Source: Candidatus Calditenuis fumarioli (GTDB lineage: Archaea > Thermoproteota > Nitrososphaeria_A > Caldarchaeales > Calditenuaceae). From it: a stretch of DNA of 64,000 nt. The notes under the pieces were generated by a model, which ran no database searches, was not told where the DNA came from, and worked only from the letters and a program-made list of their open reading frames with translations. Positions 56,426-64,000 of the stretch are shown here, piece after piece. Position 1 is the stretch's first letter, and every line of letters starts with the position of its first letter. A program made the position numbers and the translations under genes. Location of the stretch: contig JANVYR010000001.1 in NCBI GenBank assembly GCA_030059665.1, forward strand, positions 96,001-160,000, in the 5' to 3' direction.

Positions 56426-57636
56426 TCCTTAGGGACGTACGGCTTTACCGGTTCGGAGGTGATGAAGAAAATCCTGAGGTGCCATCCGGATCCGGGGTTC
56501 ACCCTTCCCGGCGGGTCGCCGCGCTCGATCACCGCGAAGCTCATCCTCGCCTCCTTCAGCTCCCCCCATTCGGTGTAGGAGAGGGGCCACAGGTAGAGCG
56601 GTGATACATACCTGCCGCTCCTGATGTGGTCCGCTATCACGCTGGGATCCGTGCTCCCGGTCTTCTCGATGGCGTCCGCGATCATCATCACCGTGACGTA
56701 TCCGGTCACCGCGAACTGCTCCATCAGCGTCCCGAACCTCTCCCTGAACCTCTCCGCAAGGGCCACGTACTCAGGGCTCTCGTAGTTCGCGCAGTTGGTC
56801 AGCAGCACCCTCCCGAAGGCCAGCTCGCCTAGGGCGTTCACCAGAGGCGTCGCTGGAGGTACCGAGCCGGTTATCCACTTCACGTCCAGTCCGAGCTCGA
56901 GCGACTGCCTGACGATGGCCGAGAGCCCCGGCGGATGACCCGTTGCGATGATCAGCTCCGGGTTCAGGTCCCTCAGCCTCCGCAGGTACGGCGTGAAGTC
57001 GCTCTCGGTCAGGGGAGCCACCTCGGTCCTGAGCTGGATTCCGGTGCGTGCGGCGACGCGCTCAACCGCCTCTCTTATCGAATGACCCCACTCGTAATCG
57101 GCTATGACGTTTCCGACCCGCGTGACCTTCATGGCCCTGATGAACTCCTCGAAGAGCTGCTCGTGCATCGAGGCCGACGGGAGGCAAGTCCTGAAGGTGT
57201 ACCTGCTCGACCTCGTCAGAACCCTGTCGGATCCAGCTGCCAGCAGGAAGAGCGGAACGCGGTACCTCTCGGCCTCTTTCGAGAGCGCCAGACCTATGTC
57301 GCTCGAGACGGGCCCAGCCACCGCCACGACCCTCTGGACCTCGACGAGCTCCCTGAAGGCAGATACGGCCTCCGACGGGCTGTTCCTGTCGTCCCTCACG
57401 ACCAGCTCCAACCTCCTGCCGAGGACGCCGCCGCGGTCGTTGACCTCCTCGACCGCAAGGAGCATCCCGTCCCTGTGGTTGACGCCCCAGGCCGCGAAGG
57501 GGCCGCTCAGGGGACCGAGGAACCCTATCCTGATGGGCTCCTGTGCGGAGGGTCTGAGGGTGAGGAGGACCGCTATCCCAGCGGCCGCAGCTGCGAGCAC
57601 GAGAGCCGCGACGAGCAGCAGCGCAGCGCGCCTCAC
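56422..57636 (-). CDS. livK: Substrate-binding protein (LivK-like)
   Basis: N-terminal anchor, IRIGFLGPLSG, GGVLGR, GPVSS, YTFR. Confidence 0.9.
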   Translation of the reverse strand: MRRAALLLVAALVLAAAAAGIAVLLTLRPSAQEPIRIGFLGPLSGPFAAWGVNHRDGMLLAVEEVNDRGGVLGRRLELVVRDDRNSPSEAVSAFRELVEVQRVVAVAGPVSSDIGLALSKEAERYRVPLFLLAAGSDRVLTRSSRYTFRTCLPSASMHEQLFEEFIRAMKVTRVGNVIADYEWGHSIREAVERVAARTGIQLRTEVAPLTESDFTPYLRRLRDLNPELIIATGHPPGLSAIVRQSLELGLDVKWITGSVPPATPLVNALGELAFGRVLLTNCANYESPEYVALAERFRERFGTLMEQFAVTGYVTVMMIADAIEKTGSTDPSVIADHIRSGRYVSPLYLWPLSYTEWGELKEARMSFAVIERGDPPGRVNPGSGWHLRIFFITSEPVKPYVPKE

Positions 57637-57729
57637 GCGTCTCCCTTCCTTCCGCCCTCACCTATACCTTGAATTCGGTGCAAAGTTCGCGGTGGGAAGC
57701 AGGACGCTCCGCGATTTGCAGACGACACC

Positions 57730-58740
57730 TCACCTCCTGAGCTGGTAAAGCTTCCTCCTGAAGTCGTCGGGGTCGTTGGTTCGCCTGACGACTCCCCTGG
57801 CGACCAGCACGCTGAGACAGTACCTCAGGGTCCTCTCGGGGAGACCGGTCTCGGCCAGCAGCTCCTCGAAGGTCATGGTCCCCCGGTACTCGAGGACCTT
57901 CCTGACGAGCCTCGCCGACGGCGGCAGGGGCAGGTTCTCCTCCGCCAACAGCACCTTCCTCTCCATCTTCCCCGCGATCGCAGGCCTTCCGGGGAACCTG
58001 ATCAGCCTCAGCGGCCTCTCGGAACGCGTGAAGACCACCTCCGAGCCGACGGGTCTCCTGATCAGGCCGTCGACGACGAGCTCGACACCGCCCTCCGCCT
58101 CTATCTCCGAGACCCTGACCTCGCTTCCTGCGGAGACGACAAGGGGCCTCCTCGTGAGGTCGACCGAGTTGATCGGAACCACCTGGAAGACCTGCGCGTC
58201 GTGGTGGATCAGCACGCCACCGGCAGAGAGGGCGTAGGCGCTCGATCCAATGGGCGTCGAGACCAGAACGCCGTCGGCCCTGTCACCCCAGACGGGTTCG
58301 CCGTCCAGGAAGAGCATGTATCCCATCAGCGTCGCCGTCCTCTTAGGGAAGACCGCGCCCTCGTTGACCGCGACGAACGAGTCGCCCTCGTCGACGGTGC
58401 ACCTCAGCAGGGGGACCTGCTCGACCCTGAAGTTCCCCTCAACCAGGTGAGCTGCGGCCTCGGCGAGGTCCTCCAGCTCGACGGAGGTCAGGAACGACCT
58501 GGTGGGCTCGAGCCCGACGATCAGCAGGCTCGCCTCCGGCAGCGGTCCCGAGTGGAGGAACCTCAGAACGTCCCTGTCGTCGCCGACCACCACGAGCACC
58601 TCGCCCTCGAGCTCTGAGGCGCGCTGCGGTTGCACCGCTGAGGCCCTCACCCCTGCCCTCTCCAGGACCCTGCAGACCTCCCTCACCAGGTCCGAGACGC
58701 CAAGCCCCGTTACCGTCACCGAGGTCACAACGTCCCCCAT
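57730..58740 (-). CDS. NAD kinase-like domain fused to a C-terminal winged HTH
   Basis: AVNE, ADGVLVSTPIGSSAYALSAGG; the GGDG motif reads GDDR; C-terminal LPPSARLV...TGLPERTLRYCL HTH. Confidence 0.85.
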   Translation of the reverse strand: MGDVVTSVTVTGLGVSDLVREVCRVLERAGVRASAVQPQRASELEGEVLVVVGDDRDVLRFLHSGPLPEASLLIVGLEPTRSFLTSVELEDLAEAAAHLVEGNFRVEQVPLLRCTVDEGDSFVAVNEGAVFPKRTATLMGYMLFLDGEPVWGDRADGVLVSTPIGSSAYALSAGGVLIHHDAQVFQVVPINSVDLTRRPLVVSAGSEVRVSEIEAEGGVELVVDGLIRRPVGSEVVFTRSERPLRLIRFPGRPAIAGKMERKVLLAEENLPLPPSARLVRKVLEYRGTMTFEELLAETGLPERTLRYCLSVLVARGVVRRTNDPDDFRRKLYQLRR

Positions 58741-58876
58741 GACGTCCCCTGCGCTGACTGGCCGGCTGCGGCGATATCTCCCTTCCAGCCAGGTGTTGGC
58801 GGCCTTCGGGGAGGCTCGTGCGTTTCGATGCCGCTCGAGGCGGGCGCAAAGGACCAGTCATCCCTAAAGTACCGGC

Positions 58877-59530
58877 TTGAGAGGCGATGTGGGGTTGGAT
58901 CTGGCTGGGGCGCTGAGGGCGATCGCCGAGAGCTACGGTTACGGCGGCGTCTTCCTCGTCTCGCTGGTGGGGAGCCTCGTCCCCTTCCTGCCGGTGCCAT
59001 ACCTGTTCGTGGTGGTCCTGCTCAGCAAGACGCTCGACCCGCTGCTGCTGGGGTTAGTCTCAGGCGCAGGCGGGGCCCTGGGGAAGCTGACCTCGTACGC
59101 CTTGGGCAGAACCGGGTACAGGCTGCTGGCCGAGCCGAAGAGGAGGCAGATGGACGCCCTCAGGGAGCTGCTGGGGAGGTACGGAGACTTGGCGGTCTTC
59201 CTCTTCGCGCTCACCCCTCTGCCCGATGACGTCTACTACATTCCCGCAGGGATGATCAAGATGCCCCTCTGGAGGTTCATGCTGGCCAACACCGCTGGGA
59301 AGGTGGTGCTCGCGGTCTTCGTGGCCTACACGGGCGGGATCTACCTGGACGTTCTGGAGACGGCGCTGGGCAACACGCTCGGCGTCCTCGTCGGCATCGC
59401 AGCCCTCTCGGTCATCACCGTTCTGGTCCTGCGCACCGACTGGGAGAAGGTGCTGATTCACCTCAGGTCCGGCGGCGTGCGGGAAGTGGTGAGGAACCTC
59501 GACGAGATCCTGGGGTTGAGGAGGAGGTGA
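58877..59530 (+). CDS. DedA/VTT domain membrane protein
   Basis: PFLPVPY, G..SY.LGR, LTPLPDD, F...GK. Confidence 0.88.
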   Translation: MRGDVGLDLAGALRAIAESYGYGGVFLVSLVGSLVPFLPVPYLFVVVLLSKTLDPLLLGLVSGAGGALGKLTSYALGRTGYRLLAEPKRRQMDALRELLGRYGDLAVFLFALTPLPDDVYYIPAGMIKMPLWRFMLANTAGKVVLAVFVAYTGGIYLDVLETALGNTLGVLVGIAALSVITVLVLRTDWEKVLIHLRSGGVREVVRNLDEILGLRRR

Positions 59531-60756
59531 CCGGGAGGCGCCTGAGGAGCAGGGACATCACCGCGATCGACCTGAACTCGGAGTACCTTGGGGTTCCTCG
59601 CCGGATCCTGATGGAGAACGCGGGCGCCGAGGTGGCGAGGGCCGTGGCTGAGAACGTGGATGACCTCGGCTCCAAGCGCGTGGTCGTGCTCGCGGGGTCT
59701 GGCAACAACGGGGGCGACGCGCTGGTAGCTGCCAGGCACCTCGCGTCGTTGGCTAAAGAGGTGCACGTGCTCCTCATCTCGAGGACCGGTGAGCCGAGGA
59801 CGGAGGAGGCCAGGGACGCGTGGGAGGCCGTCAGGAGGATGGCGTTTACCGTCAGGTGCCACGTCCTCACGGGCGATGAGGTGCCCACCGAGCTGAGGGA
59901 GCTGATCTCCTCCGCGGACGTCATCATCGACGGGGTCTTCGGTACCGGTATCAGGGGCGATATCGGAAGGCCGTACTCGGAGGTCTTCGCGCTGGTCAAC
60001 TCCTCCAGGGCCACCGTCTTCGCCGTCGACGTCCCTTCGGGCGTAAACCCGGATACCGGAGAATACAGCAAACGGGTGAGGGCGGACTTCACCGTCTGCC
60101 TCCACGCGGCGAAACCCTTCGTCGACCTCGTGGACGCCGGGAGGGTTCTGGTCAGGCCGATAGGCGCGCCGCCGGAGGCGGAGCTCATCGCGGGCCCCGG
60201 CGATGCTGAGGTCGCCCTCTCTGGACTCAGGCGTGACGTGACCGTGCGGATGACGTACGACGGCTCCGAGCTGGCCCTGGGCGCGCGGCTCCTCCTCGAG
60301 CGCTTGGTTGCAGACCTAAGGGTTGTCGGGGGAGAAGGCTTCTCGGTGGACGCGGAAGGTGGGGCCCAGTTCTCGACCGTGCGTGGGAGAGGCGTGCTGC
60401 TAATCACCTCAGGTGCCCACCGCGATCCAGGCGAGGCGCTCAGCAGCGTGAGGGCGCGCTCCGAGTCGGCCGGATGTCCTGTGTGGGCCCTCGGAGGCTT
60501 CGACCCCTTCGCATCGAAGGATCACCTCAAGGCCAACTGGCTCGAGCCCGAGCACGTCACAGAGCCGACGAGGGGGGCCATGGTGGCGCTCGCGGCGCTG
60601 CTCTCGGCATCGGTCGAGCTGCACTACGCTGTTGGAGCCTCGATCTACCTGACCCGCAGGGTCCTGAGGGAGACGGCCAACCCGCCGTCGGACGTCGGAG
60701 CGTACCTGAACGCTCTGTGCGACCGGATCGAGTCGTCCAGTCGTCAGAACAGGTAG
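59527..60756 (+). CDS. nnrE: NAD(P)HX epimerase (YjeF_N) with a divergent C-terminal domain
   Basis: LMENAG, GSGNNGGD, DGVFGTG, AVDVPSG. Confidence 0.85.
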   Translation: MTGRRLRSRDITAIDLNSEYLGVPRRILMENAGAEVARAVAENVDDLGSKRVVVLAGSGNNGGDALVAARHLASLAKEVHVLLISRTGEPRTEEARDAWEAVRRMAFTVRCHVLTGDEVPTELRELISSADVIIDGVFGTGIRGDIGRPYSEVFALVNSSRATVFAVDVPSGVNPDTGEYSKRVRADFTVCLHAAKPFVDLVDAGRVLVRPIGAPPEAELIAGPGDAEVALSGLRRDVTVRMTYDGSELALGARLLLERLVADLRVVGGEGFSVDAEGGAQFSTVRGRGVLLITSGAHRDPGEALSSVRARSESAGCPVWALGGFDPFASKDHLKANWLEPEHVTEPTRGAMVALAALLSASVELHYAVGASIYLTRRVLRETANPPSDVGAYLNALCDRIESSSRQNR

Positions 60757-61640
60757 GTTCGGAGGACGAGCAGGACCAGCGAGAGGCCGAGCGGGATCGA
60801 GAGGCCCGGGACCTGATCCCACCTGCGCAGCATCGCGAGCGTTGCGTAGTAGCCGGCGATCACGACGGCGTTGACCGCGACGGCCGTGGTCAGGCCCGCG
60901 ATCCTGAACGACACCGATATGGCCATCGCGTAGAAGATCAGGTCCCCGAGGCCCACGCTGGCGTCGCGCATCTCCACCACCATCCCCCTGATGGTCCTGT
61001 ATCCCTCCGAGGGCAGCGCCCTCATCGCCGAGAGGTAGCCCCTCCATACCATGAGGAGATCGAAGAGGGCCGCGGCTCCCATCAGGACCAGAGAGGTGAA
61101 GGGAGGGACGACCGAGGCGATCACGAGCCCTCCCAGCGCGCCGGTAATGGAGCCAGAGACGGCCGCGGCCAGCCCCGTTCTCCTACGGATGAGGTACGTG
61201 CAGAGGGCACCGAGCCCGTAGGAGAGGAGCAGCGTGAGGGAGACGCTCCCGGCGATCACGTGCCCCGATGAGAGGAGCAGGTAGGACATGGACGAACCTG
61301 TGACCAGCAGGTAGAGGGCGGCCGAGAGGAGGGAGGCGAGTGACGGCCTTTTCTTGAGGAGGAGCACGAAGAGCGTTCCCGAGACGCCCACGGCTGCGAG
61401 AAGGACCGTTGCGTTCAGGTACGGCGCGGAGGAGACCTCTGGTGCGCTCGGGGGCTCCTCGAAGGTCACAACCGGCGGCAACGTCTTGATCGGCGGAGGC
61501 GATGGCACGAGTGTGGCTATCGCGGCCCACGTCATGACCGAGAGGATGACCGGAAGGATCAGCGGTGCCGGGTCCGGACGGGAGCCGTCCTTCTTCACCG
61601 GGGAAGATCCGCAATCCGATCCCTGAGGACCATCTGACAT
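60744..61640 (-). CDS. Presenilin-like GxGD intramembrane aspartyl protease
   Basis: About 9 TM, LFDLLMV (first Asp), GLGDLIFY (second Asp), and a PAL-equivalent VPGL. Confidence 0.82.
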   Translation of the reverse strand: MSDGPQGSDCGSSPVKKDGSRPDPAPLILPVILSVMTWAAIATLVPSPPPIKTLPPVVTFEEPPSAPEVSSAPYLNATVLLAAVGVSGTLFVLLLKKRPSLASLLSAALYLLVTGSSMSYLLLSSGHVIAGSVSLTLLLSYGLGALCTYLIRRRTGLAAAVSGSITGALGGLVIASVVPPFTSLVLMGAAALFDLLMVWRGYLSAMRALPSEGYRTIRGMVVEMRDASVGLGDLIFYAMAISVSFRIAGLTTAVAVNAVVIAGYYATLAMLRRWDQVPGLSIPLGLSLVLLVLRTYLF

Positions 61641-61644
61641 CTTC

Positions 61645-62073
61645 TCACATCGAGAGCAGCAGGACCGCGACGGCCGAGAGCGCTATGCCCAGCGCCTTGG
61701 TCAGCGTGACCGGTTCGCCGAGGAGGAGGATGCTGAGGATCGATGCGAGCGAGAGCCCCAGCCGTGAGATCGGGATCACCACGCTCCCCTGGCCGTGCTG
61801 GAGGCCGTGCAGCAGTGCCAAAAGGCCGACGCCTATCGTGATGGCGGAGATCGGCGCGTACATCGCTGCAGCCCTGTTGGGCATGAAACCCGGGCCGGTC
61901 GTGAGCAGGGCGAAGGCTCCGACGAAGCCGAGCAGGATCAGCGTCTCGAGCAGGAGGTATTGCGCCGGCTGGGCTCCCTCGATGGACCCCTTCTTCCTGA
62001 TGAAGTCGGTGAGGCCTATCCCCACGAACGCCACGAGCGCGAACATCAGGTCCGGTCTCAGACCCTGCTCCAA
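61645..62073 (-). CDS. EamA/DMT family transporter (single domain)
   Basis: SVVIPI, LLGEPVT..K.LG; start TTG 62073 or ATG 62046. Confidence 0.82.
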   Translation of the reverse strand: MEQGLRPDLMFALVAFVGIGLTDFIRKKGSIEGAQPAQYLLLETLILLGFVGAFALLTTGPGFMPNRAAAMYAPISAITIGVGLLALLHGLQHGQGSVVIPISRLGLSLASILSILLLGEPVTLTKALGIALSAVAVLLLSM

Positions 62074-62170
62074 ACCCAACCGGCGTGAAGCAGGGCGGTT
62101 AATCTCCGTTATGCGGTAAACCGCGGGCGGCCCTGCAAAGGATTTCTCTGAGCGTGTAGCAGCTCCCCCG

Positions 62171-62593
62171 ATGCCCCGGTCCCTCTCGCCGGAGCTGCTG
62201 ATCGCCGTGGTGGCAGGAGCTGCCATGGTCGTGATCGGGCTGGCGCTCGTCGTGGCGGTCTTCCTGATACCTGCACAGGTATCCACTACCGAGGCCCGTG
62301 TGAGGGTTACTGCGGCCTACTGGAGCCCGGAGCGGAAGAGCGTGGTCGTCCTCCTCCGGAACGAGGGCGGGGCGCCGACCTACGTGACGAGGGTGCTCGT
62401 GGACGGTGTGACCTGCAACGCTCCGGGAACTCCGTCGCCCTCAAGCCCCCTGCACCTGGGCGTGGGCGAGGAGGCGAGGATCGAGGTGCCAGCTGGCCAC
62501 TGCGGGATCGTCACGGGCCTTGCGAAGAGCTACGCGATCGAGCTAGAGATCTCGGGAGGGCCCAGGGTTCAGGTATCCGTCACGGTCTACTGA
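62171..62593 (+). CDS. Archaeal type IV pilin-like / exported Ig-like protein
   Basis: Short basic leader RS|LSPE, hydrophobic helix, and LRNEGG...V.V.G beta domain. Confidence 0.55.
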   Translation: MPRSLSPELLIAVVAGAAMVVIGLALVVAVFLIPAQVSTTEARVRVTAAYWSPERKSVVVLLRNEGGAPTYVTRVLVDGVTCNAPGTPSPSSPLHLGVGEEARIEVPAGHCGIVTGLAKSYAIELEISGGPRVQVSVTVY

Positions 62594-62705
62594 GCGGCTA
62601 CAGGACGACGATTGCTGTTCACGCGGCTCCCAACGTGCCGGAAAGACCCGGGGACCGTTTCCCCTCAGATCATGCTTAAATGAGGCGGGCAAGCCTTCTC
62701 CGTGG

Positions 62706-63101
62706 ATGGTCCGGGAGTTCACGTACCGCGGCTACACGCTGGAGCAGCTGCAGCAGATGAGCATGGACGAGTTCATCAAGCTGCTGCCGAGCAGGCAGAG
62801 GCGGAGCCTGAGAAGGGGTCTGACGGAGGCCCAGAAGGCGCTCCTCGCGAAGGTGAGGAAGTACCGGAGGCTCGGGATCAACAAGGCGATCAGGACCCAC
62901 GCGCGGGACATGGTGATACTTCCGGAGATGGTGGGTATGACGATTGCAGTCCACAACGGCAAGGAGTTCGTCCCGGTGGAGATCGTGCCGGAGATGATCG
63001 GTCACCGTCTCGGCGAGTTCGCCATAACCAACAAGCGCGTCGTCCACGGAAGGCCCGGCGTGGGCGCGACGAAGAGCAGCATGTATGTACCGTTGAAGTG
63101 A
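62706..63101 (+). CDS. rps19: 30S ribosomal protein uS19
   Basis: [34 protein letters not shown]. Confidence 0.97.
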   Translation: MVREFTYRGYTLEQLQQMSMDEFIKLLPSRQRRSLRRGLTEAQKALLAKVRKYRRLGINKAIRTHARDMVILPEMVGMTIAVHNGKEFVPVEIVPEMIGHRLGEFAITNKRVVHGRPGVGATKSSMYVPLK

Positions 63102-63298
63102 CGGAAGGACCGTCATTTCAGCTGAGGGATTTCTACAGAGTTTTGTCGTCACCGTCAGGTTTAACCCTCCACCTCGATGTGCCTTGCGGCCTGATTCCCC
63201 CAGCTCGATGCTCTTCTCCCCTGACGCTCATTTGTCTCAGGTTAACGCTGCGTTCATCCCAACTTAACGCAAGCCGGAAACGGACCGCTCGTCCGCCG

Positions 63299-63322
63299 GA
63301 ATCTCGCAGAGGGAGTTGAAAG
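63299..63322 (+). repeat. Solitary CRISPR-repeat variant GAATCTCGCAGAGGGAGTTGAAAG
   Basis: 21/24 identical to the array repeat; intergenic between rps19 and coxG. Confidence 0.85.
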
Positions 63323-63421
63323 ATCAACCGCGAAGCCGAGGGCTGGACTGCAATGGCAGGGGTACGGTTCTCCGCACACCGAATCGAGGTCAGACAGGAA
63401 GAGGCGTAAAGAGCGGTGCGT

Positions 63422-63868
63422 TCACTTGGCCTCCTTCTCCACGATCTTCCGGAGGTTCTCGATGATCTGGGTCACTTTGTCCTTGGTGACGCTCTCGATC
63501 AGCCGGCCGCCGACGCTCGCCACGAGACCTCCGACCGTCAGGTCAGCTGACCAGTCGACCTTCGACCCGGAAGGAGAGGGGGACACCCTAGCGTCGATAC
63601 GGACGTTGACGGTGGACTGGAGGCCGCTTCCCTTGCCGACGACGGAGAGGAAGCTGGGGGGCTCGACCTTCTCGTAGTTGAAGTCCACCTTCATCGTTCC
63701 CCGAATGGGGCCAAGCGAGATCGTGAACTCGACGTTGAAGTTGTCCTTGTCCTTCACGGTCACCTTCTTCACGTCCGGTATCGCCTTGCTGAACTTGTTC
63801 GGGTCCGTTGCCACCTTGAAGAAGACCTCCGGAGGGGCCTTGAGATCGAACGAGCCCTCGAACTTCAC
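63422..63868 (-). CDS. coxG: CoxG/SRPBCC family protein
   Basis: Helix-grip pattern with GGLVASVGGRLI. Confidence 0.82.
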   Translation of the reverse strand: MKFEGSFDLKAPPEVFFKVATDPNKFSKAIPDVKKVTVKDKDNFNVEFTISLGPIRGTMKVDFNYEKVEPPSFLSVVGKGSGLQSTVNVRIDARVSPSPSGSKVDWSADLTVGGLVASVGGRLIESVTKDKVTQIIENLRKIVEKEAK

Positions 63869-64000
63869 GCCACCCGACCATTATGCGTCAATTTATACCG
63901 GATCGCGGCAGTTGGGTTCAGTGGCGGTCGAGGTTCCGCATCCGTCCAGCGCCTCGGAGAGCACCGGACCAACGGTTGGCCTGCGGCAGCTTAACGATGG

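Noticed and set aside
272-63881. Numerous long alternative-frame and antisense ORFs (e.g. 8665..9918, 16013..17281, 18877..20037, 43820..45007, 45301..46494, 52431..54176)
   Set aside because: They overlap well-supported genes, are Arg/Pro/Gly-rich and lack motifs; these are typical shadow ORFs of a high-GC genome.

Overview
High-GC archaeal chromosomal window (roughly two-thirds GC by eye), densely coding and mostly housekeeping. No integrase, transposase or cas gene was recognised. The gene content (eukaryote-like ubiquitin-E2-E1 operon, ESCRT-III/CdvB, exosome, CarS, intron-containing tRNA, SCO, CoxG) suggests an aerobic thermophilic Thermoproteota member, most likely Caldarchaeales ('Aigarchaeota'); this is an inference. 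Main blocks: the start of a citrate synthase plus prpD and a nucleoside phosphorylase; the Ub-E2-E1 operon; exosome rrp42-41-4 with SBDS; ABCE1; RNase P proteins; tatC; malate synthase; guaA; tRNA-Arg(TCT) with a 13-nt intron; a 12-repeat CRISPR array with no adjacent cas genes; coaBC; PINA; thrC; sufS; SCO; rpl15-secY-DUF106-rpl34e; leuA-ilvB; argS; rfcS; cdvB; ksgA; a liv ABC transporter; an NAD kinase-HTH fusion; nnrE; a presenilin-like protease; rps19; coxG. Best leads: (1) a ubiquitin operon with a pre-matured Ub and no adjacent E3 or JAMM; (2) a Leu4 leader peptide overlapping the Shine-Dalgarno of leuA, suggesting ribosome-mediated attenuation in an archaeon; (3) a solitary variant CRISPR repeat 41 kb from the array; (4) spacers that read as antisense to MGE genes, one matching a Dam-type methyltransferase motif; (5) a degenerate NAD kinase fused to a wHTH; (6) a candidate C/D-box sRNA. 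All family assignments come from recalled motifs; no database search was run.
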